From an uncultured Ignavibacteriaceae bacterium (GTDB taxonomy: Bacteria; Bacteroidota; Ignavibacteria; UBA10030), in contig CAYZRX010000004.1 of the NCBI GenBank assembly GCA_964480945.1, positions 13,396 to 77,395 on the forward strand: DNA of 64,000 bases, written 5' to 3'. Shown piece after piece: positions 55,960-64,000 of this stretch. Positions within the stretch are counted from its first letter, which is position 1. Each line of letters begins with the position of its first letter. The translations under genes and the position numbers were made by a program. The notes beneath the pieces were generated by a model. The model saw only the letters and a list, made by a program, of their open reading frames with translations, had not been told where the DNA came from and made no database searches.

Positions 55960-56886
55960 TTGGACGTGAGCCGGATTGTTATCCACGAAGTGGGCCTGCG
56001 AGATGGATTGCAGATGGAGAAGCAGGTCGTCCCCTTCGACCAGAAAATCACGTGGGCGGAAGACCTGATCGAAGGGGGCGTCGACATCGTCCAACTCGGC
56101 TCGTTCGTCCATCCCGAGAAGGTCCCTCAGATGGCAGACACGGACAAGATGTTCGAACACTTCCGTGCTCCGGAGCGCCGGCGAGGAGAGGTTATCCTTT
56201 CGGGGCTTGTCCTCAACGAGAAAGGTATGGAGCGAGGATTCGCGTGTGGGGTGGATATGTTCTGTATGGGCGTCTCCGCGAGCGATACTCACAGTAGGAA
56301 GAACACCGGGATGTCGACCGGGGAAGCAACTGAGCGTATCATCGCGATGGCGAAAGATGCGCTGAGCCGGGGGAAGAAGGTCCAGGTATCAGTCCAGTCA
56401 GCCTTCGGGTGCGGCTTCGAAGGCGCGGTGCCGCAGGAAAAAGTCCTGGGGATCGCGCGACGCTACCTGGATGCTGGCCTGAGAAACATCAGCCTTGCGG
56501 ACACGGCAGGGCACGCTCTGCCGGACCAGGCCGAGCGGATGTTTGAGGCAATCTTCAAGCTCGACCCATCCGTCGAGTGCACGTGCCATTTCCACAACAC
56601 GTACGGGATGGGCATAGCCAACTGCCTTGCAGCGCTCCGCACGGGCGTTACATACTTTGAATCGTCATTCGCGGGCCTTGGTGGATGCCCGTTCACGAAG
56701 GTGGCAGCGGGCAATGTCTGCACGGAGGATTTTGTTCACTTCGTCCAGCGCAGCGGGGAGCGTTCTGACATCAACCTTGGGAAGCTGATCGAAATAGCAC
56801 GAGACGTCGCGAAGTTCTTCGGCCGGGAGATGCCAGGACTCGTCTACAAGACCGGACCACTTCCCTCGAGCGATCAGATCCGGTGA
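55960..56886 (+). CDS. HMG-CoA lyase family (DRE-TIM metallolyase) protein.
   Basis: EVGLRDGLQ and HFHNTYGMGIANCLAAL...AGLGGCPF correspond to the catalytic motifs of HMG-CoA lyase and citramalyl-CoA lyase type enzymes. Confidence 0.8.
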   Translation: MDVSRIVIHEVGLRDGLQMEKQVVPFDQKITWAEDLIEGGVDIVQLGSFVHPEKVPQMADTDKMFEHFRAPERRRGEVILSGLVLNEKGMERGFACGVDMFCMGVSASDTHSRKNTGMSTGEATERIIAMAKDALSRGKKVQVSVQSAFGCGFEGAVPQEKVLGIARRYLDAGLRNISLADTAGHALPDQAERMFEAIFKLDPSVECTCHFHNTYGMGIANCLAALRTGVTYFESSFAGLGGCPFTKVAAGNVCTEDFVHFVQRSGERSDINLGKLIEIARDVAKFFGREMPGLVYKTGPLPSSDQIR

Positions 56887-56892
56887 CAACAA

Positions 56893-58113
56893 ATGACCAT
56901 GGAGAAGACGGATAACCCCATGAAGCTCCTCGAAGGCATACGTGTCCTCGACCTGACGAACGTTCTGTCCGGCCCATTTGCGACCTTGCACCTCGCGCTC
57001 GCAGGGGCAGAGGTCATCAAGGTGGAGAACCCGACCGATGGCGATCTCGCACGGAAACTGGGCTGCGTGCCGAAATTCAACCAGATGCTGATGGGCACCA
57101 GCTTCCTGGCACAGAACGCCAACAAGAAATCGCTGACCCTCAATCTCAAATCGGCGGAGGGAAAAGGAATCTTCAAGAAACTCTCGAAGACTGCTGATGT
57201 CGTCGTCGAGAATTTCCGCCCTGACGTCATGACAAGGCTCGGCCTCTCGTACCAAGTCCTCAGCGAGCTCAACCCGCGCCTTATCTATTGCGCGATCTCC
57301 GGCTTCGGTCAGACAGGGCCCGATGCGTTGAAGCCCGCCTACGACCAGATCATCCAGGGATTGAGCGGAGAGATGGCCATCAATGGGGATGAGAGCCTCA
57401 ATCCCCTGCGCGCGGGGTTTCCGGTCTGCGACACCGTCGGCGGTCTCAATGCGGCATTCGCAATCATGAGCGCCCTTTACCACCGGGAGAGAACAGGCGA
57501 TGGACAGTTTATCGACGTTGCCCTGCTCGACTCCATTATGCCCCTGATGGGATGGGTTGTGGCCAACCTCATGATGGGCGGTCAACAGCCCGTGCTGATG
57601 GGGAACGACAACTTCACCGCTGCACCATCCGGCACGTTCAAGACGAAAGACGGTTTCATTAATATCGCGGCCAATAAGCAGGAGCAATGGGAGGCGGTCA
57701 CAGACGTCCTCGGTGTTCCGCAGTTGAAGACCGACCCTCGCTTCCAAGAGCGTGACACCCGGAAGAAGAATCGCAAGGAGCTAACTCCCCTGCTCGAGGA
57801 AAAGCTTTCCGAAAAGGAGACCACGTACTGGGTTGAAGAGCTGAACAAGAGGGATGTCCCCTCCGGGGCTATCCTGAGCCTGGAAGAAGCACTGCAACAG
57901 AAGCAGATTGAGCATCGAGAGACGTTTGGGGCCGCTCGGCTGGAGGGTATCGGAGACTTGAAGCTCTTCAATCTCACGGCGAAGTTCTCGAAGACGCCCG
58001 GCTTTGTTGAAACGCCTCCTCCGACCCTCGGTCAGCATACGTTTGAGATCCTTCGGGAGATCGGGTATTCGGAAGACCAGATTAAGAAACTGAAGCAAGC
58101 CAAGATCATTTGA
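56893..58113 (+). CDS. Family III CoA-transferase (CaiB/BaiF family).
   Basis: GIRVLDLTNVLSGPFATLHLALAGAEVIKVENP N-terminal signature and overall family III fold. Confidence 0.8.
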   Translation: MTMEKTDNPMKLLEGIRVLDLTNVLSGPFATLHLALAGAEVIKVENPTDGDLARKLGCVPKFNQMLMGTSFLAQNANKKSLTLNLKSAEGKGIFKKLSKTADVVVENFRPDVMTRLGLSYQVLSELNPRLIYCAISGFGQTGPDALKPAYDQIIQGLSGEMAINGDESLNPLRAGFPVCDTVGGLNAAFAIMSALYHRERTGDGQFIDVALLDSIMPLMGWVVANLMMGGQQPVLMGNDNFTAAPSGTFKTKDGFINIAANKQEQWEAVTDVLGVPQLKTDPRFQERDTRKKNRKELTPLLEEKLSEKETTYWVEELNKRDVPSGAILSLEEALQQKQIEHRETFGAARLEGIGDLKLFNLTAKFSKTPGFVETPPPTLGQHTFEILREIGYSEDQIKKLKQAKII

Positions 58114-59420
58114 CAAAGGAAGTGCCAATGGGAAAGACGGTTGCAGAAAAGATACTCGCTCGCGCGTCGGGACTGGTGGAAGCAGGAGCCGGCGACGTCG
58201 TAGAGCCCAAAGTCGATCTTGCCATGTCGCACGAAAATGGTGCATTAGTCCTGAACCAGTTCTTGGAGGTCTATAAGGGAACGACGGTCACACCCAGGAT
58301 TTGGGATCGGTCGAAGGTGGCCATCATTTTCGACCACCGGGTCCCGGCGGAGTCGCCCAAGACTGCGACGAATCAAAAGAAAATCCGGGAATTTGTCGTG
58401 GCTCAGCGGATTGCGAAGTTTCACGACATTCGCGGAGACGTCGGCGGAATCTGTCACCAAATCCTGCCGGAGAGCGGATATGTTCGGCCTGGCTATGTCG
58501 TCGTGGGAACGGATTCGCATACCACCAGCCACGGCGCCCTCGGGGCATTCGCCTTCGGCATCGGGGCAACGGAGATGGCGAGCGTTTGGGCCCTCGGGAC
58601 GGTGCTCAACGTTGAGGTCCCCCGGACCATCAAAGTCAATGTCAAAGGGAAATTCAGGAAGTTTGTCGGCCCAAAAGATCTGATCCTCCATCTGATCGGC
58701 AGGATCACCGCGCAGGGGGCAAACTTCAAGGTGCTCGAATTCCACGGCCCAACCATTCAGACGATGGCGACATCCGGTCGCCTTGTCATCTGTAATATGT
58801 CCGTGGAAGCCGGCGCCACCGCAGGCATCGTTCCGTCCGACCAGGAGACGATTCGGTACCTTCGCGAAGAGGCTGGAGTGAAAGGAAAGATCGCACTGGT
58901 TACGCCGGACCCTGATGCGACCTACGACCAGACGATCGAGATCGACGTCTCGGCACTTGAGCCCCAAATCGCCTGTCCGCATACTGTTGACAACGTGAAA
59001 GCGATTTCATCGGTAAAGGGAACGAGGATCAACCAAGTCGTCATCGGCTCCTGCACCAACGGTCGACTGGATGATCTGGAGGTCGCGGCTGGGATCCTGA
59101 GAGGCAAGAAAGTGGGAAAAAACACGCGGATGCTGATATTTCCCGCGTCCGGACGAATCTACGCCCAGGCATTGGCGAGAGGCTACATCGGGACCTTCAT
59201 GAAAGCCGGTGCAGTAGTGATGAACCCCGGCTGCGGTCCATGCCTTGGCATTCACGAAGGCGCGCTCGGCAACGGGGAGGTCGCACTCTCCACGACGAAC
59301 CGAAACTTCAAAGGACGGATGGGAAACCCGAACTCGGAGGTTTATCTCTGCTCGCCGGCAGTTGCAGCAGCATCGGCCATCAAAGGGGTGATTGCGGATC
59401 CCCGGAAAGGAGTGAGATGA
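58110..59420 (+). CDS. leuC: Aconitase-family dehydratase large subunit (3-isopropylmalate dehydratase LeuC-like).
   Basis: 436 aa. Three-Cys Fe-S ligand regions (GTDSHTTSHGA, GSCTNGRL, NPGCGPCLG). Start overlaps the CoA-transferase stop. Confidence 0.75.
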   Translation: MTKEVPMGKTVAEKILARASGLVEAGAGDVVEPKVDLAMSHENGALVLNQFLEVYKGTTVTPRIWDRSKVAIIFDHRVPAESPKTATNQKKIREFVVAQRIAKFHDIRGDVGGICHQILPESGYVRPGYVVVGTDSHTTSHGALGAFAFGIGATEMASVWALGTVLNVEVPRTIKVNVKGKFRKFVGPKDLILHLIGRITAQGANFKVLEFHGPTIQTMATSGRLVICNMSVEAGATAGIVPSDQETIRYLREEAGVKGKIALVTPDPDATYDQTIEIDVSALEPQIACPHTVDNVKAISSVKGTRINQVVIGSCTNGRLDDLEVAAGILRGKKVGKNTRMLIFPASGRIYAQALARGYIGTFMKAGAVVMNPGCGPCLGIHEGALGNGEVALSTTNRNFKGRMGNPNSEVYLCSPAVAAASAIKGVIADPRKGVR

Positions 59421-59421
59421 C

Positions 59422-59922
59422 ATGGCACGCGTCGTGCTGAAACTTGGGGACGATATCTCAACCGACGTTATTTACCCGGGGCGATACATGGCCACCGTGC
59501 TGCCGACGGAGACGCCGGAATTCGCTTTTGCCGACAACGCTGAGTTCAACGCGAGATTGAAGTCGAATGAGATCCCGGCAGGGAGTATCGTCGTCGCGGG
59601 CAAGAACTTCGGTTGCGGATCCTCGCGCGAACAAGCTGTCTCGACGCTGAAGGGACATGAACTTGTGATCGTCGCCGAGAGCTTCGCCCGCATCTTCTTT
59701 CAGAACAGTATAAACCTGGGCCTGCGGACCGTGATCTGTCCCGGCGTTGAGGCATCGGAGGGGGATGAATTGGAGATATCGTCCGATGAACTTACAAATA
59801 CTACCACAGGCGCGAAATTTCGCGTAGAGCCTCTGCCCAAAGCGCGCCGGGCGATCATCGATGCAGGTGGGCTCATTTCCTATACGCGTCAGCGCGTGAT
59901 CGAGAGGACGACGAGATCGTAG
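59422..59922 (+). CDS. leuD: Aconitase-family dehydratase small subunit (LeuD-like, type 2).
   Basis: 166 aa swivel-domain protein (GDDISTDVIYPGRY..., GKNFGCGSSREQA). Starts 2 nt after the leuC stop. Confidence 0.75.
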   Translation: MARVVLKLGDDISTDVIYPGRYMATVLPTETPEFAFADNAEFNARLKSNEIPAGSIVVAGKNFGCGSSREQAVSTLKGHELVIVAESFARIFFQNSINLGLRTVICPGVEASEGDELEISSDELTNTTTGAKFRVEPLPKARRAIIDAGGLISYTRQRVIERTTRS

Positions 59923-60058
59923 ACAGGGATGGGTTGACTATCGACGTCTGAATTTGTCTCGACTGTCTGGTCTGGTCGATGTAAAATAGCGCTGGTTTCT
60001 CCTTTCGCAGGACCTCTAATCCACTACCAACATTCCTTCACAAATCAAGGAGGCGACC

Positions 60059-60754
60059 ATGAAAAGGAAAATCTCCATTCCTTTTACCGCCGCGCTCACT
60101 CTGGCTGTTCTGGCTCTTCTCTTTCAGACCGGAACGGCACAAACCGGATTGGTAACCAACAGGATCAACGTGCAGGTTTTCGGAGGGCTGTCCCTTCCCA
60201 CGGGAGACTTCGCCTCCACGTCGTCCGTCGAGGCAGGTGGGGCAAAGACTGGATTCGTTGTCGGCGGGGAGCTCGGCGTGAACTTCGTCGCGGGCCTTGC
60301 GTGGTGGAACACTGTGGCCGTTTCGTTCAATTCTCTGAACGATGAGCTGGTAAAGGATCTTGCCGGCGTGAGTTCGGTGAGCGGCGATATTGGGTCGTGG
60401 ACGACAGTCTGGCCGATGACCGGACTGAGATACACAACCTGGGTGGCTCCAGGAGTTACAATCTATGCAACGGGACAGGTTGGCATCCTGTTCGGGTCCA
60501 CGCCTGAGGTTTCTGTCAGCTCGGGGGGGTTCCGCTACTCCTCCAAGTCGTTCTCCTCTTCGGCTTTTGCGTACGGTTTCGGGGCTGGGGTGTTAATTGC
60601 GAATCGATTTACCGCGGGGGTCCGCTATATGACTGGTCAGCCGGAATATGATGTTGAATTCCAGGCCTCCGCCCCGGGATTCACGAGCACGACCACAGGC
60701 AAGATCGACCAGCCCACGTCCATCTTCCAGCTGACCGTCGGTATTATGTTCTGA
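60059..60754 (+). CDS. Outer-membrane beta-barrel protein (OmpA-like/porin-family barrel).
   Basis: Signal peptide MKRKISIPFTAALTLAVLALLFQTGTAQ. Alternating amphipathic strands. C-terminal ...TVGIMF with terminal Phe. AAGGAGG SD upstream. Confidence 0.6.
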   Translation: MKRKISIPFTAALTLAVLALLFQTGTAQTGLVTNRINVQVFGGLSLPTGDFASTSSVEAGGAKTGFVVGGELGVNFVAGLAWWNTVAVSFNSLNDELVKDLAGVSSVSGDIGSWTTVWPMTGLRYTTWVAPGVTIYATGQVGILFGSTPEVSVSSGGFRYSSKSFSSSAFAYGFGAGVLIANRFTAGVRYMTGQPEYDVEFQASAPGFTSTTTGKIDQPTSIFQLTVGIMF

Positions 60755-60860
60755 GGGATCTCGGTCATTTTTTGATTCGCTGGAGAGGGGCGGAACGGCA
60801 TCGAGGTTCTGCTTGCTGACGGAGGGACGCTCTGCCTTGAGGTTCGAATTCGCACAATGA

Positions 60861-60896
60861 GAAACCCCCGGCTTGCGGGGATTTCTTGTGCTTGTT
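60861..60896. terminator. Bidirectional hairpin between the convergent OMP and rrf2 genes.
   Basis: CCCCG-GCTTG-CGGGG stem, with T-rich runs on both strands (ATTTCTTGTGCTTGTT on plus, TTTC on minus). Confidence 0.5.
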
Positions 60897-60924
60897 ACCG
60901 CGAATTCAAGAGTGCCTTGGGAGG

Positions 60925-61362
60925 TCAACCGCCGACATCGTACTCAGGCTTCTTCATCTCCCTCGCCATTTGAGCGACATTCTTCGTGACGAGCATCTTG
61001 TATATCCCCTCGCGCAGCGAACCCCACTTCTCATGGACCGCGCAAGGCTTCTCGCCCGAGCACTCTGGAAATCCGAGGATGCAGTTCGACTTGAACTCAG
61101 CTCCGTCGATGGCCTCGACGATCTGATACAACGTGATCTCTTTGGCCGGCATCCTGAGGGCGAATCCGCCCGTCGGCCCTTTCTGCGAGATCAGGAGTCC
61201 CTTGCGAGTCAGGTTCTGGAGAATCTTGGCCAAAAAATGATACGGGATATTGATCCTCCGCGTCAGCTCTTTTATGGACGTCTTCTCTCCCTCCGGCTTC
61301 AGGGCCAGGTACATCACGGCTTGCAGTGCGTATTCACATTGTCGACTGAAGAAGACGCTCAT
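60925..61362 (-). CDS. Rrf2-family transcriptional regulator (IscR/NsrR-like).
   Basis: N-terminal wHTH (CEYALQAVMYLA..., SIKELTRRINIPYHFLAKILQNLTRKGLLIS) and three C-terminal Cys residues (CILGFPECSGEKPC). Confidence 0.8.
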   Translation of the reverse strand: MSVFFSRQCEYALQAVMYLALKPEGEKTSIKELTRRINIPYHFLAKILQNLTRKGLLISQKGPTGGFALRMPAKEITLYQIVEAIDGAEFKSNCILGFPECSGEKPCAVHEKWGSLREGIYKMLVTKNVAQMAREMKKPEYDVGG

Positions 61363-61573
61363 AGGCACCCTGGTGGTCTCAATTTGCAGCGTCGGAAACT
61401 ATAGAAGGAAGGAATTCTCAAAGCCGACTGTCCGCCCGTCCCGTCCTGATTGCGAAGGTCTATTGCTCCTGTTGCCTTAATCGGTCGGAAACCGCTGGCG
61501 TTGCCCGGCCGCGGATCATCCTTCACGAGCAGCGGCATTCCGCACGGGACCGGCAACCCGCTCCCTGCAGCCG

Positions 61574-61846
61574 TTACGAACAACCCCCGGAATTGAAACT
61601 GGAAATCACACCATCGAGGATCTCGGCCCGTGCGCGTAGCTCATTGAGTTTCTGGTTGATGAGGAGAACCGATCGGCTGCGTGCCTCCACGAGCTCCTGC
61701 AGCATATCGTGCACATCAGGGTAATCGCATTCAGCTCTCAATCTCTCGTAGTACCGAACCATCTCACTCTCGTCCCTCAACGCCTGGCTCAACATAGCGC
61801 AGGTATTCCTGCACGCGTGAGAGCACTTCACACTGTCGTCGTTCAT
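61574..61846 (-). CDS. Small Cys-rich hypothetical protein (90 aa).
   Basis: Cx3Cx3C cluster near the N-terminus (CSHACRNTC), plus further Cys at ECDYP and the C-terminal GGCS. Helical composition. No family assigned. Confidence 0.4.
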   Translation of the reverse strand: MNDDSVKCSHACRNTCAMLSQALRDESEMVRYYERLRAECDYPDVHDMLQELVEARSRSVLLINQKLNELRARAEILDGVISSFNSGGCS

Positions 61847-61910
61847 ATCCTACCCTTTCTTCGTGCCTTGAGGTCCTTGGAACTCTTTTCTCGCTCAATC
61901 AACCTCCGGA

Positions 61911-62477
61911 TTACCTCCCCGCGGGCTCCGTTATGGCTTCCAGGATCAGCTCCTTCCCCCGGACGAGAGCCTTTTCGTTGATCGGGAGTAGATGCTGACG
62001 ATGCACTGGAAGGACTTTCTTGAGCGCTTTGAGGACATTCTGGGGGTCAACGATCGGTCGACGCTCGAGAAATGCACCCAACAACACGACGTTCGCAACC
62101 TGTTTGCTCGTGAGCCGGTGGGCCTCGTCGATCGCACCGATGCTGGCCACTTCGATATCCGTTCTCTTAGGAGGGCTGATGATGGTCGACCGCTCGAAGA
62201 GCAGAAAACCATCCGGCTTGACGCTGTTGACAAACTTGTCCAGCGACGGTTGATTCAGAATGATCGCCGAGTCGAACTTGGAAACGATTGGCGAGCTGAT
62301 ACGCGAGTCAGACACGATGACAATGCAGTTTGCAGTCCCGCCGCGCATTTCCGGGCCGTAGGAAGGCATCCAGCTCACTTCTTTGCCCTCCTGCATCGCT
62401 GCGTACGCCAGCAGTTGGCCCATCGAAAGGACCCCCTGACCGCCAAAGCCTGCAATGATGATTTCTTGCGTACCCAT
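61911..62477 (-). CDS. 2-oxoacid:ferredoxin oxidoreductase gamma subunit.
   Basis: IIIAGFGGQGVLSMGQLLA...YGPEMRGG signature of KorC/PorG. Confidence 0.85.
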   Translation of the reverse strand: MGTQEIIIAGFGGQGVLSMGQLLAYAAMQEGKEVSWMPSYGPEMRGGTANCIVIVSDSRISSPIVSKFDSAIILNQPSLDKFVNSVKPDGFLLFERSTIISPPKRTDIEVASIGAIDEAHRLTSKQVANVVLLGAFLERRPIVDPQNVLKALKKVLPVHRQHLLPINEKALVRGKELILEAITEPAGR

Positions 62478-62491
62478 GGAAGAGCCCTTCC

Positions 62492-63268
62492 TTAGTTCAT
62501 GGATTGTGATGGCGTCTTCAGATCACCCAACGGGTAAGCGGGGAGCATGTTCTCTTCAAGCCACTTGTTGGATTCGAGGGGCGTCATCTTCCAGCCGGAA
62601 GGGCAATTCGAGACGACCTCGATGAAGCATGTCCCCTTGCCAAGCTGCTGGTACTCGAACGATGCACGCACGGCTTTCTTCAGTTTGCGGACCGCTGTCG
62701 CCGTGTGAGCCGCCTGCCGTGTCACATAGCAGGCCCCCGGCAGCTGCGCGACGAGGTTCGTGATCTTGAGGGGATGACCCGCCGATCGAATTTCCCGCCC
62801 GTACGGCGTCGTGGTGGTCTTCATCCCGAGGAGCGTCGTCGGAGCCATCTGACCGCCCGTCATGCCGTAGACACCATTGTTGATAAAGACGATAAGAATG
62901 TTCTCGCCGCGATTTGCCGTGTGAATGGTCTCAGCGGTGCCGATCGCTGCAAGATCCCCATCCCCCTGATACGAGAACACGAACCGGTCCGGCAGCACGC
63001 GCTTGATGCCCGTGGCAACTGCCGAAGCTCTCCCGTGAGCGGCTTCCTGCATGTCGATATTCATGTAGTCATACGCGAACACTGAGCAGCCGACGGGGGC
63101 AACCCCGATGGTCCGATCCTGCATGCCCATCTCCTCGACTACTTCCATGAGCACACGATGGACCACGCCATGAGCGCAGCCCGGGCAATAGTGCATCGGA
63201 GTTTCCGTCAGCGTCTCCGGTTTCTTGTAGACGAGCTCAAAACCGTTTGTGATGGGCGGCAGATCCAT
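62492..63268 (-). CDS. korB: 2-oxoacid:ferredoxin oxidoreductase beta subunit (TPP-binding).
   Basis: CPGCAHG..., GDGD...GG TPP-binding motifs. Confidence 0.9.
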   Translation of the reverse strand: MDLPPITNGFELVYKKPETLTETPMHYCPGCAHGVVHRVLMEVVEEMGMQDRTIGVAPVGCSVFAYDYMNIDMQEAAHGRASAVATGIKRVLPDRFVFSYQGDGDLAAIGTAETIHTANRGENILIVFINNGVYGMTGGQMAPTTLLGMKTTTTPYGREIRSAGHPLKITNLVAQLPGACYVTRQAAHTATAVRKLKKAVRASFEYQQLGKGTCFIEVVSNCPSGWKMTPLESNKWLEENMLPAYPLGDLKTPSQSMN

Positions 63269-63279
63269 AGAGACACCTC

Positions 63280-64000
63280 TTACAGTTCAACGTTCTGTTT
63301 TTCCGCGACCTTTTCGATCGCCTGGAGCACCTCTTCAGGCGAGGGGATCATCCCCCCCATTCTTCCGGCAAAATGCACCGGACATCGCCCCTCGACGGAA
63401 AGCCTCACATCCTCCAGCATCTGTCCAGCATTCATCTCGACCACAAGAATCGAATCGACCTTTGAGGCAAGGGAGGCGATGGGTCCCTTCGGGAACGGGA
63501 AGAGCGTAATCGGACGCAGGAGCCCCACGCGCAATCCATGCTCCCGTGCAAGCTGGAGCGCCTTCTGGCATATGCGCGAGGCCAGACCGAATGCCACCAA
63601 CAGGATCTCGGCATCCTCGGTCTCAAGTGCCTCAAAGCGGACCTCGTTCTTCTCGATCTCCCGGTACTTCGCCTGAAGGGTCTTGTTGACTTCCTCCATC
63701 TTCTCCGGCTGAATAAAGAGCGACGTGATGATGTTCCTCTCCCGGTTCTTCGGCTTGCCGATCGTAGCCCACGGCTTCTCCGGATAGGGCAGCGACCCAG
63801 CAGGCGGCAGGACCACTTTCTCCATCATCTGTCCGAGGGCGCCGTCGGTAAGGATGAATGCGGGCGTGCGGTACTTCTCTGCGAGACGAAACCCGTCAAA
63901 GACGAGGTCCGCCATCTCCTGCACGGAGGAAGGAGCGAGGACGATCAAATGATAATCTCCGTGCCCCCCGCCCTTCGTCGCCTGGAGGTAGTCTCCCTGC
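63280..64000 (-). CDS. korA: 2-oxoacid:ferredoxin oxidoreductase alpha subunit, C-terminal part. The gene continues beyond the right edge.
   Basis: Alpha-subunit domain II/III sequence. The reading frame stays open upstream to position 64000. Confidence 0.85.
   Translation of the reverse strand, partial: QGDYLQATKGGGHGDYHLIVLAPSSVQEMADLVFDGFRLAEKYRTPAFILTDGALGQMMEKVVLPPAGSLPYPEKPWATIGKPKNRERNIITSLFIQPEKMEEVNKTLQAKYREIEKNEVRFEALETEDAEILLVAFGLASRICQKALQLAREHGLRVGLLRPITLFPFPKGPIASLASKVDSILVVEMNAGQMLEDVRLSVEGRCPVHFAGRMGGMIPSPEEVLQAIEKVAEKQNVEL

Noticed and set aside
60841-60853. GGTTCGAATTCGC resembling a tRNA T-loop
   Set aside because: No acceptor, D or anticodon stems can be drawn around it. 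It lies in the OMP/rrf2 terminator region.

Overview
High-GC (about 60%) chromosomal window from an FCB-group bacterium, strands read as given. The lineage call rests on a T9SS C-terminal sorting domain, an LpxC-FabZ fusion, SD-poor gene starts and Bacteroidetes-like TAnnTTTG promoter boxes. The window holds about 53 densely packed, mostly housekeeping genes, most on the minus strand, and no integrases, transposases, CRISPR arrays, tRNA or rRNA genes.

Content from left to right:
- a split carB whose two halves flank a periplasmic LTXXQ (Spy/CpxP-like) gene
- a T9SS-sorted M1 aminopeptidase, a moaC-mogA fusion, aconitase A and Lon
- a small sulfur-transfer cassette: FmdB zinc ribbon, two rhodaneses, a tiny CxxxxC membrane protein, DUF302
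- a TPR protein, msrQP, an orphan HerA-like ATPase and a GAF-PP2C phosphatase
- a TetR-controlled ABC-2/HlyD/TolC efflux operon, DinB and MutS
- a long envelope/lipid A operon: pfk, surE, panB, lipoate ligase, lpxA, lpxC-fabZ, lpxD, two skp, bamA, uppS
- clpC, rluE, hemN and a 1629-aa multi-PAS hybrid histidine kinase
- a SAM methyltransferase
- a sigma54-promoted operon of leuB-like dehydrogenase, HMG-CoA-lyase-family lyase, family III CoA-transferase, leuC and leuD
- an OMP beta-barrel protein, an Rrf2 regulator, a small Cys-rich protein, and 2-oxoacid:ferredoxin oxidoreductase gamma/beta/alpha (alpha truncated at the right edge)

The most unusual items are the sigma54-driven leuB/lyase/CoA-transferase/leuCD operon, the carB halves interrupted by an LTXXQ gene, the rhodanese/DUF302 cassette, and a sensor-PP2C gene placed immediately upstream of a stand-alone HerA ATPase.
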